A DNA stretch of 64,000 nucleotides from Candidatus Latescibacterota bacterium. GTDB lineage: Bacteria > Latescibacterota > UBA2968 > GCA-2709665. This document shows positions 47,911 to 56,875 of the stretch, one piece after another. The notes beneath the pieces are model-generated. The model did not search any database. It was given only the letters and a program-made list of their open reading frames with translations, and was not told the origin of the DNA. A program made the position numbers and the translations under genes. The stretch covers positions 4,096,001 through 4,160,000 of the forward strand of contig OZ242358.1 of the NCBI GenBank assembly GCA_965208835.1, read 5' to 3'. Numbering within the stretch: the stretch's first letter is position 1; each line of letters starts with the position of its first letter.

Positions 47911-50376
47911 ATGAGTACGTTCCGGGAACAGAACCGGCTCATCGGCGCCCTGGTTTTTCTGATCACGTGTTTCGTATATATCCGAACCGTTGCGCCAACG
48001 GTAACCTTCTGGGACACCGGCGAATTTATCGCGGCCTCGTACATCCTCGGTATTCCACATCCTCCCGGCGCGCCCTTTCATACCCTCCTGGGCCGAATTT
48101 TCACGCTTTTCGCGGATCCCGATAGCGTTGCATTCAGCGTCAACCTGATTTCTGTTCTATCGGGGGCCGCCACAGCGCTCCTGCTCTTCCTTTGCAGCGT
48201 TCGTCTGCTCTCGCGGTGGCTCAGACCCGACCGTATATCCGACCGCATTGCCATCCTGACCGGGGGCGCGGTTGCAGCGCTTTCCACGGCGTTCTCCACG
48301 TCCTTCTGGGCAAATGCCACCGAGGCCGAAGTCTATGCGCTGTCTATGCTGTTCACCGTCCTGGCGTTTTACATTGCCCTGCGCTGGGACGGCGCGCCCG
48401 AAGACAGGTATCGCGACCGCCTGCTCATCTTCATCGTCTTTCTCTTCTTCCTGGGCGCGGGCGTGCATCTGCAATGCCTGCTCACCGTGCCTGGAATCCT
48501 CATCCTGGTCTTCTCCGATCTGCTCAAGGGTCGGTCCACTTCCGTACAGGCATCCGTCGTAATCGGGCTTACGGTATTTCCCTTTTTGTGCATCCTCTTT
48601 CCAATTGAAGTCACCGGCGTCCTGGTACTGGCCGTACTCGCCTCTCTCCTGATGTTGCGCCCGGCGTGGCGTCATCCCGCGTTCTGGCTGTGCGCCATCG
48701 GTATGATCGCCCTCGGATATTCCACGTACGCCATGCTCTACATCCGTTCGGGCCTGAATCCGTTCATCGATATGAACAATCCGGAGACCTACGAGAATTT
48801 CAAGGCCTTCCTCACCCGCCAGCAATACGGCGTCCACTCCATTTTTCCACGCCGCGGTGACTTCTGGGACTTTCAGTTCAACATCCACGTCAAATATTTC
48901 CTCCAGCAATTCCCGTTTTACGATCAGGGGCTCGTCGGCCGCTTCTTTTCGGAAACACTGCCCGGGTTCACAGGACGTTTTTCCGTCGGCGAAATGCTGG
49001 CGGGCACGTTCCGCAGGGCCGTGGCCTCGATGGACGGAAACCGGGAAAACATCGCGTATTCGGTCGTGCCCATTCTCCTGGGTATCGCCGGCGCGGTCAG
49101 TCACTTCCGCAGAGACTGGAAGCGATTTGCCAGCGTATTCGCCATGTTTCTGCTCATGGGGCTCGGGCTCGTCTTGTATCTGAATATGCCCGACCCCGAA
49201 CCCCGCGAACGGGAGTATATTTTCGTTGGCGCGTACGCATTCTTCGGCCTCTGGATCGGCGGCGGCGCCGCTGCCCTCATCGTCGCCGTTACGCGAGGTC
49301 ACGCCGCGGTTCCCGCAGCCGCGCTGGCCGCGGTCGTGTGCCTGATCGTGCCGATCGGCCTGCTGCAGAACAGCTACTTCGAACGCGACCGCAGCGGGGA
49401 CCTGGTCGCTCGCGACTATGCCCGGAACATCCTCAGTTCCTGCGAGCCCGACGCCATCCTCTTCACCAATGGAGACAACGACACCTACCCGTTGTGGTTT
49501 CTCCAGTATGTCGAGGGGTTTCGCCCGGATGTCCGGGTGGTCAACCTCAGCCTGCTGAAAACCCCCTGGTACGTCAAACAGCTGCGCGACCTGGATCCCA
49601 TGCTTCCCATTCCGATGACGGATGCAACCATTGATCAGCAGGTCATTGCCCGCCCCTGGCGGACACAATTCGACATCCCGCTCGCTGACAGCACGATTAT
49701 CGTCAAAGCCGAAGACATCCCCCTCACCGAATTCCCGGTGGGCAACCAGCGCATGGATGTCCTGGAATCCCACACCTTCATGATCTGGTACCTGGTTGAC
49801 CGGAACAACTGGCAGCGTCCGCTATATTTCGCGGTTACGGTTCCCGAGCGAAACATGGGCGGCCTGCGGTCCCATCTGTCCATGGAAGGCATGGTCTACC
49901 AGCTCGTCAGACAACGCGCCCCCGGGCAATTCGACGCGGGATTGACCTCCCGGCACCTGCTTGAGAATTACCGTTACACCGGAATTGCGGACGCCAACGT
50001 CTACAAGGACCCGGTCGCCCGGCGCCTCATCAGCAATTACCTGGTTATCTTCGAAGGCCTCGTACGTACGCTGCATCTCCAGAACCGTCCGTCAGAGGCC
50101 CTGCAAGTCATCAGGGTTGCGGAGAGCACCATCCCACCCGAATCAGTAGGCCGGGAGGTGTGGTACTCGCTGATGCACGAGAGTTACCGGAATCTTGCCG
50201 TGAGCTTTCTCCGTGCCGGGAAAAGAGACAGTGCGAGCCTCTGCCTGGAGGAACTGATTCGAATCAGTCCTCACGAGGAGAAAAAAGAGCAACTTCGTGA
50301 GAATCTTCGGTTCCTTGTTCCAACCCTTAAGAACGGTTCCGAACGTGAAGCGGGGGACGAAGCGAAGGACGAATAG
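47911..50376 (+). CDS. DUF2723 / TMEM260-like GT-C membrane glycosyltransferase
   Basis: PTVTFWDTGEF, HPPGAPF, EAEVYA, RERE(D)Y-type motif, FTNGDNDTYPLW, VVNLSLL. Confidence 0.92.
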   Translation: MSTFREQNRLIGALVFLITCFVYIRTVAPTVTFWDTGEFIAASYILGIPHPPGAPFHTLLGRIFTLFADPDSVAFSVNLISVLSGAATALLLFLCSVRLLSRWLRPDRISDRIAILTGGAVAALSTAFSTSFWANATEAEVYALSMLFTVLAFYIALRWDGAPEDRYRDRLLIFIVFLFFLGAGVHLQCLLTVPGILILVFSDLLKGRSTSVQASVVIGLTVFPFLCILFPIEVTGVLVLAVLASLLMLRPAWRHPAFWLCAIGMIALGYSTYAMLYIRSGLNPFIDMNNPETYENFKAFLTRQQYGVHSIFPRRGDFWDFQFNIHVKYFLQQFPFYDQGLVGRFFSETLPGFTGRFSVGEMLAGTFRRAVASMDGNRENIAYSVVPILLGIAGAVSHFRRDWKRFASVFAMFLLMGLGLVLYLNMPDPEPREREYIFVGAYAFFGLWIGGGAAALIVAVTRGHAAVPAAALAAVVCLIVPIGLLQNSYFERDRSGDLVARDYARNILSSCEPDAILFTNGDNDTYPLWFLQYVEGFRPDVRVVNLSLLKTPWYVKQLRDLDPMLPIPMTDATIDQQVIARPWRTQFDIPLADSTIIVKAEDIPLTEFPVGNQRMDVLESHTFMIWYLVDRNNWQRPLYFAVTVPERNMGGLRSHLSMEGMVYQLVRQRAPGQFDAGLTSRHLLENYRYTGIADANVYKDPVARRLISNYLVIFEGLVRTLHLQNRPSEALQVIRVAESTIPPESVGREVWYSLMHESYRNLAVSFLRAGKRDSASLCLEELIRISPHEEKKEQLRENLRFLVPTLKNGSEREAGDEAKDE

Positions 50377-50394
50377 CCGAGAACAATCACACCG

Positions 50395-50441
50395 CACAGA
50401 AGACGGGCCGCCTGTTTGCTACAGGCGGCCCGTCTTCTGTG
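50395..50441. terminator. Perfect 21-bp hairpin between convergent genes
   Basis: CACAGAAGACGGGCCGCCTGT-ttgct-ACAGGCGGCCCGTCTTCTGTG. Confidence 0.75.
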
Positions 50442-50480
50442 ACGATTCCCGATTCGGCGATCAATTTCCGGGACAGAACG

Positions 50481-51161
50481 CTACACCCGCTTGAATCGAC
50501 GGGCGCTGCGACGCATAAACAGGTAACCCGCGATAAAACCGCCGATGTGCGCATACCACGCCACGCCGCCGCCCACCCCGCCCGAATCGGCCGATGCATT
50601 CACCAGTTGGATGACAAACCAGACGCCAAGCACAAGCAGCGCCGGCACGCGGACGATCTGGATAAAGAACAGCAGAAAAACGAAGACATGCACCCGGGCG
50701 CCCGGAAAGCGCGCGAGGTATGCCCCGAGAATACCCGCAATCGCCCCGCTGGCCCCCACCATGGGGATTGTGGAGTCGGGATCCGAGAGAACATGGCCCA
50801 GTGCGGCCGCCACGCCGCAAAAGACGTAAAACAGCAGAAACCGTAACCTGCCCAGCGTATCTTCCACGTTGTTCCCGAAAATCCACAGATAGAGCATGTT
50901 GCCGCCCAGGTGCATCCAACCGCCGTGCATGAACATGGCCGTCAGGAACGTAAGATAAAGCGGAATCGGCGTTGGCGAGATGGCATCCACGCCATGGGTG
51001 ACTTCAAACGGAATCAGACCCATCCGCAGCGTGAATACGTCGAAACCGATCGATCCGAGGGAAAGGGAATATATGAAAACCCCCACATTCAGCAGCAGGA
51101 TGCTCACCGTGAATACGGGGGTGCGGCTTGTGGGATTGTCATCTTTAATGGGCAGTATCAT
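50481..51161 (-). CDS. Rhomboid intramembrane serine protease
   Basis: FMHGGWMHLGGNMLYL, GASG, WYAHIGGF; start set at MILPIKD. Confidence 0.95.
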   Translation of the reverse strand: MILPIKDDNPTSRTPVFTVSILLLNVGVFIYSLSLGSIGFDVFTLRMGLIPFEVTHGVDAISPTPIPLYLTFLTAMFMHGGWMHLGGNMLYLWIFGNNVEDTLGRLRFLLFYVFCGVAAALGHVLSDPDSTIPMVGASGAIAGILGAYLARFPGARVHVFVFLLFFIQIVRVPALLVLGVWFVIQLVNASADSGGVGGGVAWYAHIGGFIAGYLFMRRSARRFKRV

Positions 51162-51165
51162 CTGC

Positions 51166-53445
51166 CTATCGTACCGTGAACGAACGCACCGCCCTGCCCC
51201 GGTTGCCGCAGGCATCGGATACGACGACCTCCAGCTTGTGGATTCCGGCCGGTAGCGGCTGCCTTGGCCGGGCCTTCACCTGGCCCGCTTCGGGATCGTA
51301 CTCCGCGATCAACCGTTTTCCATCCAGATGCATGAGAATATCTTCCTCCCGCCGGATGCCCGATTCTCTGTCGCCGATCGTGGCGATAAGTACCGGCCGT
51401 CTATCGGAAACCTTCGCGCGTGGTTCCGGTCGCCGGATTCTCACGCGCGGAGGGGTCTCGTCCAGCAAGAGCGCATAGGTGGAAAAACTCGAGACCTGAG
51501 CAGCCACGGCATGGCGGCCCCTGACCGGACGGTTGCCGACAAAGACCCAGGCTCCGCCCCTGGTCAACCGATAGATTCCCAATCGCTCCGGCCGGCTGAA
51601 GTCCGCAGGGTATCGGAGGACAACCTCCACCTTGCGCCGGAATGGCACATCCTCCGGCCCGAACCGGTAACGCGTTCCAACCATCGTCAGACGTTTCGCC
51701 CCTTTCCCGGGAGCGACGGCGATCCGACCAAAGAAAGGCCGGTAAACGTCATCGGCGTCGAAGCGGGCCTCCGCCTTGCCGTCGGGAGACCGCAAGACCC
51801 CGCCGCTCCGGCGCACCGGCGTCTGGGCGAGGTGTACCACGCTGCGCCCCGTACTGCCATTCCGATCGACCGCGGAAATGACTGCCGCAACGTCGCCCTG
51901 CACGTCCGGATTGAATCGCAGAACGGTTTCATAGCCGTATAGACTCCGCTGAATCACCTCAGGTGCCGTCTCGCTGTTCGCAAGCCAATTCACGGTTACC
52001 GCGGGAGGGGCCGACAGCAGCCGTTTCGACACGATCTTCAATACGGCGAAGTCGGGATAGTTGCGAACGTCGCATTCCAGGAGGCCTGGCTTCGCGTCGC
52101 TGTGCGGCGGCGGTGCAGGCGCGCAGACTTGAAAACCCTCAGACTCGAAACGGTCCCGGGCGCGAACCCTGTAGACCGCTTCCGGGACGTGCAAGAATGC
52201 CGCACGGACACGGCCGTACGCATCCAACCCGACCGGGCTTACGGGACGCCAGGAACGTCCGCCGTTCGAAGACCGCTCCACAACGATATGCTTTGGATTT
52301 TCGTCCCGCACCCGTGCCCGCACCATCACGGAATCGCCTTTCAATTCGGCTCTGGCGTCAACGACGCGAGGAACCGAATTCACAATCACCTCGAGATCCG
52401 CACGGGAACGGTTCCCGGCCACGTCTTCAACCACCACCCGGATACGATTTCTGCCGGGATTCAGCGCCGCACCGCGACCCGGGGACGGTATTCCCGCATG
52501 CAGAATACCGTCTCCAACCTTGTACTCACCGTACATTGGAAGCTGATTCCCTGCAGACCGGTACAAGTTGTGATAGAGACCTGCGCCACGCCGCTTCAAA
52601 ACGAAATTCCGGTCCAGCTCGACCTGGTTGACCTGACTGTACGCGAAGACCGTGTACGTGGTCTCGAAGACCTCACGGTCGTTTACGTATAACCGCAAGC
52701 GGTACGGCGCGAAGCGGTTGCTCAGCACGGATGCATCGGCCCCGTCGTACGTCTTGACGCTCACGCCGATGCGCCCGGCTATCATGGGTACGCTGCGCGC
52801 GACGTAGCGCTTCTGCTTGGGGCGCCAATTCACGCCAATCGTCGCCGGATCCGTCTTGTCGGAAACACGGGACTCGGCGTCCATTGGAATCAGAGCCAGG
52901 GACTGAACAGTTGGCGCTACGGTGTCTTTCACCTCGAAGCCGTGAAGCAACCCGTTGAGGGGCCGTTGATTCCTGTCACGAATTTCGAAATGCAGATGCG
53001 GCACCCCACTGCCGGTACTGCCGGAATAGCCGAGAGTTTCACCGCGTTTCACCTTGATCTGGTTCGGCTTGAAGAAGAGATTCACGCTGTAAAAACCCCG
53101 TCGCTCCTGTTCCGCCTCGACAACGGCCTTTACCTCTGCCGCAAAGCCCGAGAGGTGCGCGTAAACCGCGGTCCGGCCGTCTTTCAACCTGATGTAGACC
53201 ACTTTTCCATAACCCCAGGGCGAGGTCCTGACCCGCCAGACGTACCCGTTCTCCACGGCCAGCACGGGGTACCCTTCATTTCCCCACGTCTTGAAGTCGA
53301 GCCCGGCGTGGAAACGCCGCGGCCGGTATTCGCCGAAGGAAGAGGTGAGCGCGGGCGGGGCCGCCATCGGCCAATGGTAATCGCGGGATTCAGCGATGCC
53401 TGAATCCGCAAGGCAGAGAACCCAAATCAGCAGGATCGCACGCAT
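51166..53445 (-). CDS. M23 family metallopeptidase with C-terminal Ig-like domains
   Basis: FGEYR..FHAGLD, YAHLS, GSTG..PHLHFEIR; signal peptide starting MRAILL. Confidence 0.9.
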   Translation of the reverse strand: MRAILLIWVLCLADSGIAESRDYHWPMAAPPALTSSFGEYRPRRFHAGLDFKTWGNEGYPVLAVENGYVWRVRTSPWGYGKVVYIRLKDGRTAVYAHLSGFAAEVKAVVEAEQERRGFYSVNLFFKPNQIKVKRGETLGYSGSTGSGVPHLHFEIRDRNQRPLNGLLHGFEVKDTVAPTVQSLALIPMDAESRVSDKTDPATIGVNWRPKQKRYVARSVPMIAGRIGVSVKTYDGADASVLSNRFAPYRLRLYVNDREVFETTYTVFAYSQVNQVELDRNFVLKRRGAGLYHNLYRSAGNQLPMYGEYKVGDGILHAGIPSPGRGAALNPGRNRIRVVVEDVAGNRSRADLEVIVNSVPRVVDARAELKGDSVMVRARVRDENPKHIVVERSSNGGRSWRPVSPVGLDAYGRVRAAFLHVPEAVYRVRARDRFESEGFQVCAPAPPPHSDAKPGLLECDVRNYPDFAVLKIVSKRLLSAPPAVTVNWLANSETAPEVIQRSLYGYETVLRFNPDVQGDVAAVISAVDRNGSTGRSVVHLAQTPVRRSGGVLRSPDGKAEARFDADDVYRPFFGRIAVAPGKGAKRLTMVGTRYRFGPEDVPFRRKVEVVLRYPADFSRPERLGIYRLTRGGAWVFVGNRPVRGRHAVAAQVSSFSTYALLLDETPPRVRIRRPEPRAKVSDRRPVLIATIGDRESGIRREEDILMHLDGKRLIAEYDPEAGQVKARPRQPLPAGIHKLEVVVSDACGNRGRAVRSFTVR

Positions 53446-53508
53446 CGTTGTCAGACTTCCCCTTACCATAAGGTGGGCGGAAATTCCTTCCCGGATCATG
53501 CGCGACAC

Positions 53509-53537
53509 ATTATAGGTATTTTGACGTCCGGGGTCAA
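53509..53537 (-). promoter_or_regulatory. Sigma-70 promoter of the M23-rhomboid unit
   Basis: Minus strand reads TTGACC-N17-TATAAT. Confidence 0.7.
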
Positions 53538-53663
53538 GCGGGCACCGGCTCTTTTCCGACGGACAAAAAAAACTTGCCTGCAAATCCGCCTTCCTATAAT
53601 TTATCGTGTTGTCAAGTAGTTATTCGAATCGTTCAAGGCCGGATATTTCACATCCGGTCTTAG

Positions 53664-53809
53664 CAGTCCGTTGAAAAAGCCCATCCGGTCTACGGCCGGC
53701 CCTTGCGGTCGAAATACGGCGTTGCGCTCCCACGCCGAATCGATGGATGGGACTGGGTCGCGCGCCTTGTCTTCGACCTCGCCTGCAGAGCGGCTTTATC
53801 AACGGACTG
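53664..53809 (+). mobile_element. MITE-like repeat family B, copy 4
   Basis: TIR CAGTCCGTTGAAAAAG...CTTTATCAACGGACTG. Confidence 0.82.
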
Positions 53810-53876
53810 ATAGACCTCGGGCGGTCGCCGCACTTGACCGCTGCCTTCTTTCCGCTCACCGGAGGGTGTTAATCGC

Positions 53877-55697
53877 ATGCTCAAAAACCTGCGCAATGTG
53901 GTCCTGATCAAAGCCATGATGTGGATCGTGGCTATTTCCTTCGTGGCGCTGATGGTCTTCGACTGGGGCGCCGGCGGAATGACCTGCGCCGGGCCCGGCG
54001 ATACCGTCGGTGTCATCAACGGCCAGAAGATCAGCCACCAGCAGTTCGTCGAAGCCCTCCGTGACGCGTCCCGCCAGTCCAAGGCCGGGAACAACCCCGA
54101 ACCGGAGGAGAGCCAGCTCATCCGCCAGATCTGGGACCAGATGGTGGCACAGATCCTTTACGCCCAGCAGATAGAAGAGCACGATATCGCGGTCTCCGAT
54201 GCCGAGGTCAACTTCATCAACAGGAATCAACCCGTTGAATGGGTACAGAACCAGGAAGCCTTTCAAACCGACGGCAGATTCGATCCCGAGAAATACGGCA
54301 GGTTTCTGGACGACCCCGGTACCTACTCAAGCCCTGAAAGAAAGCAGTTTGTAATCAGCGCCGAATACGCCGTCAGACAGGCTGTGCTTATCAGAAAGCT
54401 GCAGGAAATGGTTGCCGGCGGGGTGAGGGTGACGTCCTCGGAGGTCAGGGAAGCTTACGAGCGGCAGAAAGAGAAAGTCCGTGTCGCCTACGCGGGCCTC
54501 GAGGCCTATTCCATCGCCGATTCGCTGGTTTCCGTTTCGGACGATCAGATTCGTGCCTATTATAACGACCATCTTGACGAGTTTCAGCGGGAAGCGGCCG
54601 TCAATGCCTCCTATGTCGCCTTTGAGAAGAAACCTTCCGCGAAAGACGAAGCCGATGCAGAAGCCGAAATCCACGACCTGCTTGCTGAAATCCGCGCCGG
54701 TGGAGACTTCGCGGCGCTGGCCGAAAACAACTCGGATGATCCCGGCAGCGCCGAAAGAGGCGGAGATCTCGGGTTCTTCGGGCGCGGAAGGATGGTAAAG
54801 GCCTTTGAGGACGCAGCCTTTGCCCTCAACCCGGGCGATGTCTCAAAACCCGTACGGACCCAGTTCGGATGGCACGTTCTCAAGGTCGAGGAACGCAAAG
54901 GCGAGGGTGACGAGCTCCAGGTCCGGGCCAGGCACATCCTGCTGAAAATCCGTCCGGGCAGGGACACGCTGGACAGCCTCCGTCTCGAGGCGGAGCGCTT
55001 CCAGGAGCGGGCGGAAGAATCGGACTTCCTGACGGCGGTGGCCGATCAGAACCTGCAGGCAAAGGACACGGGTTTCATCACCGCCGGCGGCTTTTTCCCG
55101 CTGTTGGGAAACAGGACGTCCGGGCTGGTCAATTCCTTCCTCACCGCTTCGCCGGGGAGGATCTCTCCAGTTTACGAGACCGAACAGGGCATCTATGTCT
55201 TCGCCCTCGTGGCGAGACGTGAAGCCGGCCCGCAACCACTGGACGAAGTCAACAGTCGCATTTCAACCAAACTCAAGACTGCCGAGAAAGTCAAGATTGC
55301 ATCTGCACGCATTGAACCGCTGCTAAAGGACATTCGCTCCGGACAAAGCCTTGCCGATGCGGCGCGCAATCGCAACGCCCGTTTCGCCGAGTCCAAACAC
55401 TTCGGCCGAGACGACTTCGTTCAGGGCGTCGGCCGCAGGAACGCGTTTACCGGCACGGCATTCCGGCTTGAAGAAGGAACCACCAGCGACGTGGTCACCA
55501 CGGACCGGGGCGCGTACGTGCTGCAGGTGCTTGAGAGAAAACCGATCGACGAGACTGAATTCGAGGCGGCAGGCCCTGAACTGGTCCAGCGCCTTCGGTC
55601 TGAGAAACAGAACGAAGTCCTGGCCGCCTGGTTCAGCGACCTCAAAGAGCAGGCGGAAATCATCGACAATCGGCATCTCTTCTATTCGAATTTTTAG
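53877..55697 (+). CDS. PpiD/SurA-like peptidyl-prolyl isomerase chaperone
   Basis: N-terminal TM, SurA-N-like region, parvulin motif DFAALA..SDD..GGDLG..FEDAAF..TQFGWH. Confidence 0.92.
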   Translation: MLKNLRNVVLIKAMMWIVAISFVALMVFDWGAGGMTCAGPGDTVGVINGQKISHQQFVEALRDASRQSKAGNNPEPEESQLIRQIWDQMVAQILYAQQIEEHDIAVSDAEVNFINRNQPVEWVQNQEAFQTDGRFDPEKYGRFLDDPGTYSSPERKQFVISAEYAVRQAVLIRKLQEMVAGGVRVTSSEVREAYERQKEKVRVAYAGLEAYSIADSLVSVSDDQIRAYYNDHLDEFQREAAVNASYVAFEKKPSAKDEADAEAEIHDLLAEIRAGGDFAALAENNSDDPGSAERGGDLGFFGRGRMVKAFEDAAFALNPGDVSKPVRTQFGWHVLKVEERKGEGDELQVRARHILLKIRPGRDTLDSLRLEAERFQERAEESDFLTAVADQNLQAKDTGFITAGGFFPLLGNRTSGLVNSFLTASPGRISPVYETEQGIYVFALVARREAGPQPLDEVNSRISTKLKTAEKVKIASARIEPLLKDIRSGQSLADAARNRNARFAESKHFGRDDFVQGVGRRNAFTGTAFRLEEGTTSDVVTTDRGAYVLQVLERKPIDETEFEAAGPELVQRLRSEKQNEVLAAWFSDLKEQAEIIDNRHLFYSNF

Positions 55698-55750
55698 ATG
55701 CTGTTTTAGAATTCCCGGTGAGTTCCCGATCCGTAACCCGACCGCACAGG

Positions 55751-56458
55751 ATGACTCGCGTGGCCGTCATTACCGTCTCACGCCAGCTCGGCAGCGTTGG
55801 CGATCTGGTAGCACGCCGGGCGTCGGAAGTACTCAGCTACGACTTCGTTGACAAGAACCTCATCACGGAAGTGGCGAGAGAAGCCAATGTGCCCGAATCC
55901 GAAGTCGAAAAATTCGACGAACAGGCGCATAGTGCGGTAAAACGATTCATCCACAGTCTGATCGTGCCGTCCCGGTCCGTACCGACGCCCCCGGCGATGC
56001 TCTGGGGGCTGGAATTTCCATATGAAGTATCGGCGACGCTTCTGGCCGGCGACGCGACAGCCAACGAGGAAATGCACCTTCTGGACCAGCGGGACTACCT
56101 CAGATTTCTTCAGGCCACGGTCCATCGCCTTCGGAAACGGGACAGTGTAATCATCGTCGGCCGGGGAGGCCAGGCGATCCTTCGGGACGACCCCGATACG
56201 CTCCACGTCCGAACCGTGGCTCCTCTGGAAGACCGCATCCAGGTCGTCGTGGAACGACAAAACCTGCGAACACAAAGAGAGGCCAGGGAACTGATTCAAA
56301 AAAGCGACAGACGCCGGGCCGCCTACCTCAGAGACAACTACCAGATCGACTGGGACGATCCAGCCCTGTATCACGTTGTCGTGAATACGGGCCGGACCTG
56401 CCTCGAATCCGCCGCACGCATCATCCAGCACTCCGTCTACGCCCTCGGTCGTGCCTGA
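55751..56458 (+). CDS. Cytidylate-kinase-like family protein
   Basis: ITVSRQLGSVG, IIVGRGG, SDRRRAAY, DPALYHVVVNT. Confidence 0.88.
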   Translation: MTRVAVITVSRQLGSVGDLVARRASEVLSYDFVDKNLITEVAREANVPESEVEKFDEQAHSAVKRFIHSLIVPSRSVPTPPAMLWGLEFPYEVSATLLAGDATANEEMHLLDQRDYLRFLQATVHRLRKRDSVIIVGRGGQAILRDDPDTLHVRTVAPLEDRIQVVVERQNLRTQREARELIQKSDRRRAAYLRDNYQIDWDDPALYHVVVNTGRTCLESAARIIQHSVYALGRA

Positions 56459-56681
56459 ATGCAAGCGTAGACGCCCCCGTTCCCCGCTCCGCATAGCAAT
56501 GAACAGGCCGGACGGCACCGCAACTCAACGACACTTCCCGCAACCTGGCGGGAGCCCGGTATCCTACCGTCAGTCCACAGAATTGCCCGCGCATTGTCCT
56601 TGACTTGCCCGGGCCGACCGTACATTCCTACCGCCAGCGTTTTCCAACTCCACTATCAGGATAACCGTTGACGTCGTGTCT

Positions 56682-56846
56682 AGTGTTCTGTCCCGGAAAT
56701 AAGTTGCCTGAATTCGGCCGCCGAGTCGCCCGTCTCGCAAGGCGCCGGAGCGCAGGCGACCTGCGTAAGGTCGGCGAGCGAGGGGAACGTAGCGAGACGG
56801 GATGAATCGCCGGTCGAATGGTGAGGAATTTTCGGGACAGGACACC
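56682..56846 (+). mobile_element. MITE-like repeat family A, copy 4
   Basis: Near-identical to the other A copies; left junction CTAG. Confidence 0.85.
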
Positions 56847-56875
56847 AGGACGTCGATGGCGCGAGGTTTCGAACC

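Noticed and set aside
46542-49773. Long minus-strand ORFs opposite rpoD and DUF2723
   Set aside because: Codon-bias antisense frames of well-supported plus-strand genes.
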